64,000 nucleotides of DNA, taken from assembly GCF_009914755.1 (NCBI RefSeq), contig NC_060926.1; one strand, 5' to 3'. Position 1 is the stretch's first letter; every line of letters starts with the position of its first letter. The translations under genes were made by a program, and so were the position numbers. The notes below the pieces were generated by a model that searched no databases, was not told the DNA's origin, and saw only the letters and a program-made list of their open reading frames with translations. The DNA comes from the human T2T-CHM13v2.0 reference genome, Homo sapiens. Of the stretch, positions 42,281 through 55,825 are shown one piece after another.

Positions 42281-42593
42281 AGACAGAGTTTCCGTCTCAA
42301 GGCTGCAGTTTCACTCCGTCTCAAGGCTGGAGTGCAATGGTGCGATCTCAGCTCACTGCAACCTCCACCTCCTGGGTTCCCTCCTGGGTTCAAGTGATTC
42401 TTCTGCCTCAGCCTCCTGAGTAGCTGGGATTACAGGCACCTGCCACCATGCCCGGCTAATTTTTTGTATTTTTAGTAGAGGCAGGGTTTCACCATGTTGG
42501 CCAGGCTGGTCTCAAACTCCAGACCTCGGGTGATCCATCCTCTTCGGCTTCCCAAAGTGCTGGGATTACAGGCATGCGCCACCACGCCCAGCC
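42246..42593 (-). mobile_element. AluS with two internal micro-duplications
   Basis: T34 tail; TSD core ttcaggcag. Confidence 0.95.
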
Positions 42594-43061
42594 TTTCAGG
42601 CAGCTTTCTAAGCAGCGCTCATGAATTTGAATCCCTGTAGGTCTAATTTGTACCTAATCTCTGTCTTTCTGTATCCTAGGAAGCTTTGTTAGGAATTGAT
42701 ACATGCCTTTGTCTCATTTCCCCAAACCTAATGTTTGACCTTATACTGTTAGCTGACTGTCAGGTTCTGTTCACAGAGTGACACCTCTAGTCCCCGCATG
42801 TTTTGACATGTTAACTGTGTGAGAGGAAAATGCTCAGACACTCCTGAGAAATCAGGCTGCATCCACTTACATATCCAGCAAAATAGATGATGAACATAGG
42901 AGAAGGAGAACCATACAGCAGTTTGGTTTAATGCACACTGACCTCCAGTATAGCCAGTTAGTATACAGGAATTTGACCTAAATAAGAACTGTTGTTTTTT
43001 TTCCCTTCTGAGGAGAAGCATTTGTAGCCACAATGGTAAAAAATAATTTATCCTCATATAC

Positions 43062-43275
43062 CACTGTTTCTCAACAACAGCACTGTTGACTTTGGGGTCA
43101 GATAATTCTTTGTTGTGGGGACTGTACTTATGCATTGTAAGATGTTCAGCAGCATCTGATATCTACCTAGTAGACATCTGTAGCACTCTCCACCCTGAGC
43201 TGTGATAACCAAAAATGCCTCCAAACATTACCAGTGTTTCCTGGGAGGTAATACAGCCCCAGTTAATAACTACTG
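43062..43275. mobile_element. MER20
   Basis: gataattctttgttgtggggg...gcattgtaagatgttcagcagcatc...aaccaaaaatg. Confidence 0.9.
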
Positions 43276-44357
43276 CCCTATACTTATGATTATGTCTTTG
43301 TACTTTTGATTATATGGTGAAGACAAATTCTTAGAAGATAGATTGTGCATTGTAATTATTTTGGTAACTCCAGAAGGATATACCAATTTCTATTCCAAAA
43401 ACAATATAAGACATTGTATATTTCCCTAGACCCTTACCAGTGCTGGATTTTGTCAGTTTTTTTAGTCTTTTGCCATTTTGATAGATGAGTAATTACATTG
43501 CCATAATTTTAATTCAAACAGTTATTAAGAAGGTTGGGTATATCAGAATTTTTATTGCCCATATGCAGATCATCTTTTGTGCATTGCTTGCTTTTGTTCT
43601 TGGCTCATTTTTCTGGGGGTATTAATTTGGTCATTTATGGTTTCTCCTAGTAGGTTGAATTTATTGAGGTGTCACATAAAAGATACTCAATAGATTTTTA
43701 AGTTGAATGTAGAAGAACATTGGTACTTCTCTAAGGAAAGAGAGTATGTATGTGTTGCATGTGTTTGTGTATGACCATGTGGACACATGTACATATGTTC
43801 ATGTGTATATATATTCATGGGGACAGAAGAGCAGAGGGCTAAAGACTTGAGCTGTGTGTCCACATTTACCAGGCATTACAAGGATATTGAGAAGAAGCGG
43901 AGGACAACCAGTATACTTTTCTTGGAATATGTCTGAAAGGTCAAAGAGAAAAGTGACTAATTTGCTAGGAAGTTCACCTCAAACCTCCCTAGCCAAATTC
44001 TGTAAGGTCAAACAAGTGATGAATATTCAAAGGACTAAAAGAAGTTAGAGGTGGAAACTCAGAAAAGTGATATAGTAAGAGTATGAGAATGGGAGGCTTA
44101 AATTTCATAGCATTGTCTAAGTAATGTGGTATTTGGGAGAGCTAAGTATAGATTGGTGAGACAGCCCAGCTTATATGGATTACCTATGGAATTTTTTTAC
44201 TTTCTCATTTTTATCAGGGAATTTATCTTCTTCACTGTTCTTGGATATCATCTAATTTTCTTTTTCTGGGCTCCAGATCTCTGTCTTTGTCTTTGAAAGG
44301 GTCTTTGCCCTCTTCCTTCAGAGCACATAAAAAGATAATAAGAAATATGTATCTAGG

Positions 44358-45138
44358 GCAAAAGTTCTCATCATATGGTCTGCACACCCCTCGGAGGGTC
44401 TGTATTAGGCTGCTTGGACTGCCATAGCAGAATACCACAGACTGGGTGGTTTAAACAACAGAAATTTATTTTCTCACAGTTCCGGAAACTGAAAGACCAA
44501 GATCAAGATACCGTCAGGGTTGGTTTCTGGTGAGGCCTCTCTGTATTTGGCCGCCATCTTCCTGTGTCCTCACATTACCTTTCCTCTGTGCCTGTGCACT
44601 CCTGGTGTCTCTTCCTCCTCCTATAAGGACACCAGTCTTATTGGACTGGGGCTCCACCCTTAGGACTTCATTTAACCTTAGTTACCTCCTTACTAGCCCT
44701 GTCTCCAAGTACAGTCACACTGGGGGTTAGAACTTCACATATAAACTTGAGAAGGGGACGCAATTCAGTCTATAACAGAGCCCCTAAGACCTTTTCATGG
44801 AGTCCACAACATCAAAATTGTTTTATTAATAATATTAAGGTGTTGTGTTCCTTTTCTGTTGTCTAGACATTCTCACCAATAGTGCAAAAGTAATGGAGGG
44901 TAAAATTGGTGCCTTCTCATAAACCGAGGCTATAGTACCCAATTGTATTCTTGGTTATTTTCTTTGTTACTCCATAATTGCAGTAAAGAAAAAAAATGGG
45001 TTATTAAAGGGCTATTCTCAGTTTTAACTGACAATACAATAAATATTGGTAACTCATATTAATTAAACCTCTTTGGGTCCTTGATAATTTTTAAAAGTAT
45101 AAAGGGATCCTTAAACCAAAAGAATTTAAGAACTGATG
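44358..45138 (+). mobile_element. Internally deleted Charlie1-type hAT element, split by MLT1
   Basis: gttctca..tggtc..cccct..agggtc[LTR]ccctaagaccttttca...; right end aaaagtataaagggatcc...aagaact. Confidence 0.65.
44401..44777 (-). mobile_element. MLT1A/B solo LTR (MaLR)
   Basis: TG...CA ends; aataccacagactgggtgg..aaacaacagaaatttattttctcacagttc. Confidence 0.92.
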
Positions 45139-45691
45139 ATCTATGGGAAAGAAGGGGCTATTAATCAAGTAAATTTTTCTATTTTCTGTTCTTGATTCAT
45201 AAGGCAAATAGTTCTGTCATAATCAGAGAAAATAAGCTTTTATTTTTAGAAAGTAGACAGATTACATTTCTGTATTTAATAAGAACAAAAAGTTTTCAAT
45301 GTATGCATATTCAATTTTCAATAGATTCTCTGCCCCTGTTCTCCCTGCCTACCAACCCTGCTTCCCCCACCAGCTTTGGTCCTTGCTTCTGGTGAGAAGA
45401 GTCAAGGGAGTTTTCTTAACTCTGGTCCATTTACTTGTTCAAATGCTACTGAGTGTTTTGTTGATGAATGGCAGATACAATTCCTTTCTTAGGGAAGTTG
45501 CTGCTAAATGATGAAACAATATATACATATGCAAGATATTACTCTACGTATCAATATAGAATATTTTGAACAGAATATTTTCCAGGAAGTAAAAATAACA
45601 GTTCTTATAAGTGGATTTTGAGCTGACTCTTGGGGTGGATGCATGAATTGACAGAGAGAGGAGAGGAGGAGGAGAAAGAGTATGTGTAGAG

Positions 45692-46031
45692 AAGGGTTTG
45701 ACAAACTTTTACTGTAAAGGACCAGATAGTAAATGCTGTAGGCATTGCCAACCATACGGGAGCTACTGGACTCAGCTGGTGTAGTGTGAAAGCAGCCATA
45801 GACAGTAAGTCATAAACAAATGAGTGTGAGTGTATTCCAACAAAACTTTGTTTATGGACAGTGAAATTGAGTTTTATATAATTTTCTTGTCTCACGGTAA
45901 GAAACAAATGAGTGTGACTATTCCAACAAAACTTTTTTATGGACATTGAAATTGAATTTCATGTAATTTTGTTGTGTCATGAAATATTATGCTTCCTGTG
46001 TTTTTTTTCAACCATTTAAATATGTAAAAAC
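45692..46031 (+). mobile_element. MER58B, truncated, with an internal duplication
   Basis: caaactttttactgtaaaggaccagatagtaaat...gcagccatagac...ttccaacaaaacttt. Confidence 0.85.
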
Positions 46032-46032
46032 T

Positions 46033-46198
46033 GGCCAGATGTGGTGGTATACACCTGTAATCCCTGCTACTCAGGAGGCTGAGGCACGAGAATTGCTTGA
46101 ACCCAGGAGGTGGGAGTAGCAGTGAGCCGAGATTGCACACTGTACTCCAGCCTGGGTGACACAGCGAGACTCTGCCTCAAAAAAAAAAAAAAAAAAAA
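46033..46198 (+). mobile_element. Alu right-arm monomer
   Basis: ggccagatgtggtgg...gagaattgcttgaaccc...poly-A. Confidence 0.9.
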
Positions 46199-46249
46199 GT
46201 TGAAGGAAAGGTGAGAATGTGTTCATGGCCACATGAACTGGGGATTTAA

Positions 46250-47000
46250 AAATTTTGTTGATCTTTTCAAGGAACTAACTTTTGCTTTGTTAATTTTTTC
46301 TACTGTTTTATTTCTTTCACTGATTTCTGCATTTAGATTATCTTCTTTCTTTTACTTCCTTTGGGTTTACTTTGCTCTTTTCTTCCTAGCTTCTTAAGAT
46401 AGAACCTTGAAATCTATTTCCCCCAAAGGAGACATTTAAAGCTATAAAATCTTCTCCCTCCCCTCTAAACACTGCCTTCTCTGTGCTCTCCAGATGTTTG
46501 TATGTATTTTTATTTGTACTTTTCATTACATTCCATTTGAAATAATTCAGTGTTTTCTGTTTTGTTTTTTTTTTTCCTCCATGGATTATTTAGAAGTGTG
46601 TTGGTTTTAAATATTTGAAGTTTTGGAGTTTTTCTAAATGTCTTACTGTTACTGGTTTTTAATTTATTTCAGTTGTGTTCAAACAGCACACTCTGAGAAG
46701 TTTAATCCTTTTAAATTTATTTCGACTTATCAGCATAAATCATATCAGTCTTGGTGAAATTACATGTACTCAAAAACAATGTATTCTATAGTTGTTGGAT
46801 ATAGTGTTCTAAAAATGTCACTTAGGTTGAGGTGGCTGATCAGATCTACCATGTCTTTATTGATTTTTGTTTTAGAGGGGTCTGGTTCTTCTATCAAATG
46901 GTGAGAGAGGGGCATTAAAATCTTCAGCTGTAGCAGTGTGTATGTTTTTCTCTATTTAATTTAGTCACTTTCCTCATGTATATTTAAGCTCTGTCATTGC
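46250..47000 (-). mobile_element. Old L1M ORF2 (EN-region) fragment
   Basis: tttaaagctataaa...gtattctatagttgttgg. Confidence 0.7.
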
Positions 47001-47589
47001 TGGCTGTGATAATGGGAGACCTTGAATGCAAGGTAGCAAGTGTGAATTCTTTATGGAAAGGCACTGTTGAGTGGTGACTAGGGGTGTGACATTGTGACAT
47101 GAGATGTGGGGACTTGTTCAGCAGGATATACTGCATAGGCAGACCAGGGATAGGAGTTAGACGTGCTGCTAAAGTGCTTCAGACTTGGATTGCTAACAGT
47201 ATGGAGTATAATGATGATTTGAAAATAATGAACGTGATGCTGTTCTGATAAACACTGGAGAGAGAAAATTAGCAGGAGATTTCAATGGATTGAATATAGG
47301 AAAAGCAAGGCAAGCTGACTGAAGCAGTTCTAAGAACCGAGAGAGCTGGGAAAGTGGTAGTATGGTTGCTGGTGATAGCAGTGTATTTAATAGTGACTTT
47401 AAGTGGTAGAGATGAGGATTTTCTTTTTGACCTAATAAATTTTGGATGTTACCTGGATATCTAAATATGGCATCATTTTGTTAATAGTGAGAAGTTCAAG
47501 ATTGGTAAAGGAGGATAAGAATTTCTACTGGGTTTTCATTGCATGCATACTATGAAATCATTGATTTCTGAATAATTGTGGGATTAAGA

Positions 47590-47805
47590 TTTTATATGTG
47601 GTCTTAGCTCAGATATTCCCCTAATATATAAACTCTTCTTAATCACTATTCTAAAGTATCTCTCCTAGTCACTCTCTACTTCATTATTCTGTTTTCTTTT
47701 CTCCTATTAGAATGTAAGCTAAAGGAGAGTTCAACTCTGTATCCCTAGCACTTGGTACAATGCCTATCACATATTAGGCTTTTAAATATTTGAGAATTGA
47801 ATGAC
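47590..47805 (+). mobile_element. L2 3' end
   Basis: tagaatgtaagct...gtatccctagcac...aatgcctatcacata...tgaatga. Confidence 0.7.
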
Positions 47806-48811
47806 TGCCTGTTAGAAAGAGAAAATATGTATACTGAGGTATACTGAGTAAAAGAAATAAAAAGCAAATGTTTTATAATTTGATTTTAAAATTCCTTACT
47901 AATGTTTAATACCTGTTTTTTTGTTTTTTGCTGTTTTTTTTTTTTTTTTTTTTAAGTTAAGGCTAGGTCTCTGTTTGTCATTCCTCACCCCCTACCCCCA
48001 CTACTGTGCATGTCACCATATGGAAAGTGATGGTTACATGTGATATAAATTAGCACACTTTGTTATATAATTAAACTTTGCATCCCCCAAAAATGGAATT
48101 ACTTATTAAAATCTCTAAGTACAGATGCTGGTCACTACTCTACTTTAAAAGGTAATATGTAATTTAGAAATATGATAAAAATAAATCTAAATACTTGGAA
48201 ACAAATAGTTTTACTGTTAACTTTAGTAGCTGTTCTTTGCTATCCTTAAGGGGTACGAAGAACTGGTAAGACTGTCGTTGTCAGTTAGCAGTGTGGTAGA
48301 GTAGATAGAACCTGCACATAGAAAAAATTAGTAATGCAAACAGTTATCTGATAAAATCTATGCCAGTTTTAACTATCACCTAAAGAGATTTAATATTTAC
48401 TTTTTCTTGGGCCTTAGTAGAATGCCATCTTCTAACACATATAAAACCTATATTGGAAATTAAAATCCTATCTGAGTATCCTGCCATAATGTTTTGGAGA
48501 TTTAGAACAACTTGGTTTTGATGGTCCTCAGTAGAAGCTTTTTGATTAAGTAGAGTTGTTCTTTAGGAAAGAACTAAACACTTGCAGTTTAGGTGTTAGG
48601 TTTAATTTTTAGGTTTTTGAGTGTGGATTTTCTCTGACATCTTGTTTTCTCTTGCCTTGTGGCAAATACAGAGAGAAATTGTATTGCAGAATGATGATAC
48701 AAAAATGCTCTTCCTCCAAGTAATAGAGGCTAATCTAGCAGTTTTACTAATTGTGTTTTAGTTTTTCTTCCTCCCTCTGTTCTCACCTTCAAATCTGTGC
48801 CTAATTCCTTA

Positions 48812-49127
<316 letters not shown>

Positions 49128-49299
49128 TCTGTTATGTACCCCACCTCGTGCCATTATTCTGAAGCTCATGGGTTTGTATAGAAAAATGTGTAATGTTCTT
49201 TGACCAGTTTAATGATCAGAGCTTATTCTCTTTGAGCTTTTAACTATATTAGGATTGTTGAATTAGAGCAGGTTCATTAATTGCATATATTAATTTTTT

Positions 49300-49960
49300 T
49301 TAATGTTGTGTATCTACTCTGCTCCAGATTAAAAATACCTACACGGAGCTTACAGTTGAGTGAGAAAGATACACAATAAACACATAATCACACAACAAAT
49401 ATGTAAATAAAATAGTGGAAAATATGCTGTGAAGAAAACGTAGAAAATGCTATGAAAGTACAGTGGAGGCTGATTTAGATTACTGGGTTAAGAGAAGTAG
49501 AATTTTAGCTGAAGTTTGAACAATGAATAGGAATTGGATAGATGAAGAAGGTATGAGGGATTATTCACAGCAGATAACATATTGTAGGGAAGGCCTTAGA
49601 GTAAGGAAGAAAGATTGGGGAATAGGAGAAACTTTTAGGAAAGACCAGTGTGGTTAAAGCATAGTATGCTTTGGGGAGAGTGGCTATGCTGTGAGTTTTG
49701 GATTTTATCATAAGTGAGATAAAACCCTGTGGAAGGGGTGTGTAAGCAGGATTAGAATAGTGGATTTGTGTGTGTGCAGGGGAATAGATAAGGTGGGGCT
49801 TGGTGATTGAATAAATAAAGTGTGATAGTGTAAAAATTTAAAGGGTGGTGATATCTAGGTTTTGGGTAGCAGCAGTTGAATGGGTATAAAGGTACCTTTT
49901 TAAGGATGGGAAAAAGTAAAGGAGAAGGGAGGAATTTAGTTTGGAACTTAATAAATAGGC
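49300..49960 (-). mobile_element. L2 relic
   Basis: ggagcttacag...agctgaagtttgaacaatgaataggaatt. Confidence 0.6.
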
Positions 49961-50615
49961 AAATGCATGCAGGCCCTTAGAATAGAGCATTAAAAAAATT
50001 AGCAACAGTCTTTTGAGAATAGTTTGTCTTCAAAATAGATGTGTTTATACTGCACCCAGAATTAGTAATATTGAAATATACTAGTCTATTTCAGTGCTTA
50101 TCTGTTTAACATAAATATAATGGTGCGTGTAAGAGTCATGAATATTTTAGATTTAGTAGTTGATATACAGACTTGTAAACACACAGTTTATAAAAGTTTA
50201 TAATCTGCCTTTTTTCAAAAGGAGCAGGAAGTAAAAATTAAGATATAACAAAATAACTCTGGGTTGACCTCTTACTGTACTGTTTGGGTTTTTTTTTTTT
50301 TTTTTACACTTTATCATTAAACTTAGAATGTAAACATTTATATCTTCCTAGAAACAATGAGATTTAAAAACAAAAAAAGGTACCTAAAATCTCCTGAATA
50401 TATGTTACTGAAACAGGAGGATATAATGAATAATTAAAGGAATGTGTGACATCCAAGTCAGGGAAAAACTAAGGGAAAACATGATGCCGCAATCATTTGT
50501 TAGAAAGGTGGCTGCCAAGTAGAAGACAAATTAAATTAAATTTAGTTGGCTGTAGTCTGGTTATTAATCAAACACTTTCATGTTGTTTATCATGTGCCAG
50601 ACACTGTTTTAAGTA

Positions 50616-50618
<3 letters not shown>

Positions 50619-50659
<41 letters not shown>

Positions 50660-50952
50660 TTTTTTTTTTGAGATGGAGTCTCGCTTTGTCGCCCACGCTG
50701 GAGTCCAGTGGCGTGATCTCGGCTCACTGCAAGCTCCGCCTCCTGGGTTCACACCATTCTCCTGCCTCAGCCTCCGGAGTAGCTGGGACTACAGGCATCT
50801 GCCATCACGCCCGGCTAATTGTTTTTGTATTTTTAGTAGAAACGGGGTTTCACTGTGTTAGCCAGGATGGTCTCGATCTCCTGACCTCGTGATCCGCCCG
50901 TCTCGGCCTCCCAAAGTGCTGAGATTACAGGCGCGAGCCACCGCGCCCGGCC
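50619..50952 (-). mobile_element. AluY with (AT)17 in the tail, inserted in a MIR (~50570-51110)
   Basis: gcaagctccgcc, cacaccattc, tagccaggatggtctcgatctcctgacctcgtg; CpG-rich. Confidence 0.96.
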
Positions 50953-52839
50953 GTAACTTATTAATGTTTACTCTCTGAACAATTCTTGACTAGGTACAAG
51001 TGTTATCCCACTTTTTGTAGATGAGGAAATGGAGGCATGGAAAGATTAAGGTCAAAAAGCTGTAAATGGAGTTGAACTCCAGAATCTATACTTTTAATCT
51101 TAATGCTATACTGTCTTGGTTATAAGAAGGGAATGTGGTTACCTGTAGGCAGATGTGGATAACTGAAGCTGTTAATTTATTTCACTGGTGTGAAGTTTTA
51201 TTGTATCAATATACCAGATTCTATTATTGATGGGCATTTGAGCTGTTCCTATTTTTTGCTCTTATAAACATTGTTAGCATGAACTTTCTTCATATATCTT
51301 GTTGCACATATCCAAGAAACTTTCTCTGAGGCGGTGGTTCTCTTTATTACTGGTCCACTGGTGGAATTCTTGCCACTTACTAATGGTGCTCAGATATATT
51401 ACTTGGAATTCTTGCTCTGGCCACAGAGCAACAGTTTTCATATCTTTCCAACATAATGCAGTTATGTCTTCTAACAGCACTCATGAATTCTTAGATTTTT
51501 TAAGTCACCTAAAAAATTATGTGAAGAAATGAGTTCTTTTCTGGAGAGAGACTGCAAGTTTTTCATAAAAGCATTTTGTAATCATAAAAACAATGAAATC
51601 ACTTTTTTTAAAGTGAAAGATAAAAAAACAAGTAAATATTGCTATTCTATTACAAAAAGCAAACAACTTTATTGTAAAGTCTATGGGAAAGTCAAATAAA
51701 CTTTATACATGTATCGAATATTTTACAGCATTTTCAGTGTTTACAATGTTTTTAACATTAATATGGATGGTTTGATTTCAAATTTTTTAAAAATCTTTTT
51801 CATCTTCAGTTTGGAAAGCATGACTTGTGTCATCATTGATAAGAAAGTTGGTAATATTCTTTCTTCATTCTTTTATTAAAATCTTGCATTTTTTCACCCA
51901 AAATTTGATCTCTTAAAACCACCTTTTTCAGGCACCTTCTTTTTAAATTTTATTTGGGGTAAAATTAACAAGTATACATAAGCTACTGTGGAATTATAAC
52001 TCCATGCTACCAAAATAATTTATAATTGCCATTAGTGTTAATGGTTTATTTATAATGACTCACTACTGGATGGCAGTACACCTAACCTAAACTATGAGTC
52101 CCAGAACACTGGGAATTTTGACTAGCTTTATTCTTTTCTCTCCCCATCAAAAAGTATATCCTAAAGAAGATAAGTTAAAGCCACGTTATAATAATCTTGA
52201 ATCTTCTCCAATTTTAAATAAATAATATGTAAATCATTGGTATTTTAATTGTTTTTGATAACAAATTTTCATCACACCTCACAGTCAGTATACCGGGGTG
52301 AGAGAATTTACTGTCCTTTAGGCATGTAAATACTGTACTCTAGTTGGTAAGTTTGTTTTTTTACTTCCTTACAAGAGAGAACATTAAGCGATACTTAGAT
52401 AAAATGGACTTAAGAACAGTGATAAAAAAGAGAGGGAACATTAAGCCACAATTTCTTTTGACAGTCATATCATAAGGCAATATTTGGTAATGGAAGATGG
52501 ATTTTTTTTCCTGCTTTATAAAAGTCACAATCAATGGTGTCAGCTAGTGTGTACAGAGGGACGTTCTCTTGGTTGAAAGCTGGTTCTTTTTCACAAACCT
52601 TTCCAATGAACTGTTGCATAGGCCTTGCTGCCTATTGTTAACTCTATTTCTGTCATACAATTCTTTATGTTATTGAGTAATTTCTGTTGCTTACTGCTTC
52701 TCAATGTCAGGATAGTGGATTCTTAAATTCATGAAAAAATTAAGGTGATAATATATACATGAAGTAAAAATTTTTGAATAATTACAAAATAACAGGAAGA
52801 TTGAAATAAATAAAATGTTAGAAATAATATATAGTATTT

Positions 52840-55190
52840 GGTTCCATGTAAAAGTGGTAGATTGAGCACTTAGTATTGTTCACTCTCAAAACAGCAGTTT
52901 AGTTAAACAACAACAAAAATAGGATAAATAAGGATTTTTTAAAAGTCATAAATCCAGGGAGACTAGGAGAATGGGAGGGAATATGACAAAATTTTTGAAG
53001 GGGTAGAACAGCTAGAATAGTAGTAGCAATCTCACTAAACTTGAGAAAGCCAGTTTTAAGGGAAGAAAGCTGATGACCAGTTGGACTGATACTGGTGAAT
53101 CTTCAAAAGGCTCGGATAGTAGTAGTATGTAACTCTGGAAGTTAAGAAGGGAAGTGAACTAAAATGAGGAAGATGGTTTCAAAGCTATTTAAAAAGCCAC
53201 TAGATGCACTGATATCCTTCTTCACTCTCTGTCACTGTGCTTATGCACTTCTCCCATCCTGACAAGTGGGAGGCTTGAGGTCCATCTTATAGGTTAAAAC
53301 AGAGGGTCTCTTGGCTAGTGGACACCAGTCACATTGAAGGTGGAGAGGAATTAAGTGAGTACTGACATTTCCAATGCTCAGAACCCCTGGCCCCCTTCTC
53401 CATTATTGGCTCCCAAATTGAAAACTAGGCCCTTTAGCATCCAGGCAGGAAATAGGAGGAATCTTTTTGGGAATCCCACCAACTCAAGGAGAAAAACCTA
53501 AAGACAAAAAGAACTATACATAAATACTGTACTCCACTTGGTAAGTTTGTTTCTTATAGGGGTATAGGTTAACAGTGTAAACTACATTACCTGTATACAA
53601 GTGTTTGAAAAATAAGCTAAGCATTAGAAAAGGGGAGCCAGGTTTCTCACATAAATATTTATGCCCTCACAAAGAGCCTGGACAGATTGCCTTGTTGTAG
53701 GGAAGGTCATAATTGATAAGTCCCATGTATATAACTAGAACTTTCCATCAACTTTGTGTACCCAAACAACTAAATACCATTGGGCATCTGAGAAAGCTTC
53801 TAATATGAATAACAGAAACCAAAATAAGCAAATAGAGAAAAACTGGAGAAAATAGACTATGCCACCTAGAAAACTTGATGTATATGTATGCATGTACATA
53901 CATATATACATATACACACGTACACATACAGCCATATATAGATACATATGCATACACACACACATATATATATACAAATACCCAGATATGTGCATGCAGA
54001 AAGACTGGATGCTGCACCCATAAAGCAAGAATGGGATATTTAAAAAAAAACATTCAGAGAACAAAAAAGAATTTTTACCAATTAAGAACATATAGTAGAA
54101 AAGAAAAACTCAAAGAAATATTGGACATTAAGTTGAGGAAAACTTTCTAGAAAGTAGAGCAAAAGGGCAAAGAAATAATAAACAGAAGATAAAGTAAATA
54201 TACTAGTGCAGGAGGGCCAGCTCTGTATTATTAAACATTCCAAAAAAGGGAAAACAGAATAAATGAAAAGAAAGAAAAAATGAATAGTATATTTCAAGAA
54301 AATTTCTCATAATTGAAGGCGAAGTACTTATTGAGTGCTTGGCGTAATGGATGAAAAGAGACCAATACTCATTTAAAGAATAGGAAATATAAAAAGCAAA
54401 CTTAGATGCCTAGGCTCCATAATATTCAGGGAAATACAAATTGAAATGAGATACTATTTTTCATCCATTTGATAGGGTAAATTAATTATATCAATAGCAT
54501 TGGGAAGGATATGGGGAAAATGGCTGTCTCAAACTACACACTCTGGGGGAAGTCTGAAACAATTATTTTGGTAAACAGTTTGCCAGATGGCAAGTGGAGT
54601 TGGACATATGCAAATATTACAATCTAGAAATTCTACTTTTGGATATTGCCATTAGAAATTCTTCTACTTATGCATATGAAGATCTGGACAAGATGCTATG
54701 TATAAGAACATTCACTGAGCCATTATTTGTAATAATGAAAATGTATGGACAACCTAAATACAAAAATGGCTAAGATGTGGTATATTCACATACACATATG
54801 AACAGAACACATGCACACTTCAACATGGATAGAACTCCAAAAGATAATGTATGAAATCAGCAAAATGCAGAATATGTATGATATATATACATTTTAAACA
54901 TATATTTCAAAACATAAAACGTTATATTGTTTATGGATATGTGTATGTCCTAAAATAATATAAAAAATTGACCAGAAGGTATGTACCAAATTCATAATAA
55001 TGGTTACCTCTATCAAGGGGAGGGGGAAGGAACAGGGTAGGCTTGAGTATGGGGACTTTAGCTTTATCAGTGATGCTTCATTTCTTTAAAAAGAAAATAA
55101 ATATATCACAATGTTACTGTTGTTAATTCTGAGTGATAGATCATAGGTATTTAGTTGTTGTGTTTTTCTTTATATCTTTAAATTCTGGCC
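52840..55190 (+). mobile_element. Degraded L1ME-type element(s), 5'UTR to 3' end, with a mixed TA/CA microsatellite (53878-53990)
   Basis: A-rich ORF1/ORF2 phrases; 3' end gtggttacctct...ggg. Confidence 0.6.
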
Positions 55191-55536
55191 CTTTGCCTAA
55201 CTCCAAAATAACAAACAAGAATGTTTTCTAGATTTCCTTTTTACTCCTTCTATGTGTTAGGTACATTATAGGTACTCTTCTATCACCTTGCTTTCTCATC
55301 TGATTCTTAAATGGGAATTCAGGTACTGCATTAACCAGTACATACGCCAGAATCCAGCATCAGAAGTAGATAATGAAGACAGAAGGTCCTTTACCCATGA
55401 GAGACAATTTAAAACTAGGAATTGGAAGCTTCAGTCATGTCCAATAGCTGTGGGGGTTTATTAAGGGTTTGCTCCATCCATCTCAGGTCTCCTACCCTGG
55501 ATTCCTAGGGGAGGAACCCCCCCCCCCCCGCCCCCG

Positions 55537-55825
55537 GAGACAAGACCACACTCTTTCGCCTAGGCTGGATTGCAGTGGCACAATTATAGCTTGCAGCAGC
55601 CTTCAACCCCTGGGCCCAGGCAATCCTCCCGTTTCAGCCCCCCAACTGAGTAGCTGGGACTACAGGCACACACCACCTTGCCCGGCTTATTTTTAAATTG
55701 TTTTGTAGAGACGGGGCCTCACTTTGTTGCCCAAGCTATTCTCAAACTCCTGGCCTCAAGTGATCTTCCTGCCTGGGCCTCCCAAAGTGTTGGGATTACA
55801 GGTGTGAGGCACCCTATACCTGCCC
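55537..55825 (-). mobile_element. AluJ with a C-run in place of poly-T
   Basis: gagacaagaccacactc...ctcccaaagtgttgggattacagg; preceded by C13-G-C5. Confidence 0.9.

Noticed and set aside
42652-42680. Good-looking acceptor (cctaat...ctgtctttctgtatcctag|G)
   Set aside because: No strong donor at normal exon distance; cannot be supported without RNA data.
52326-53555. Shared string taaatactgtactc..ttggtaagtttgttt at ~52330 and ~53521
   Set aside because: Best explained as homologous fragments of old L1M elements rather than a functional repeat or paired exons.
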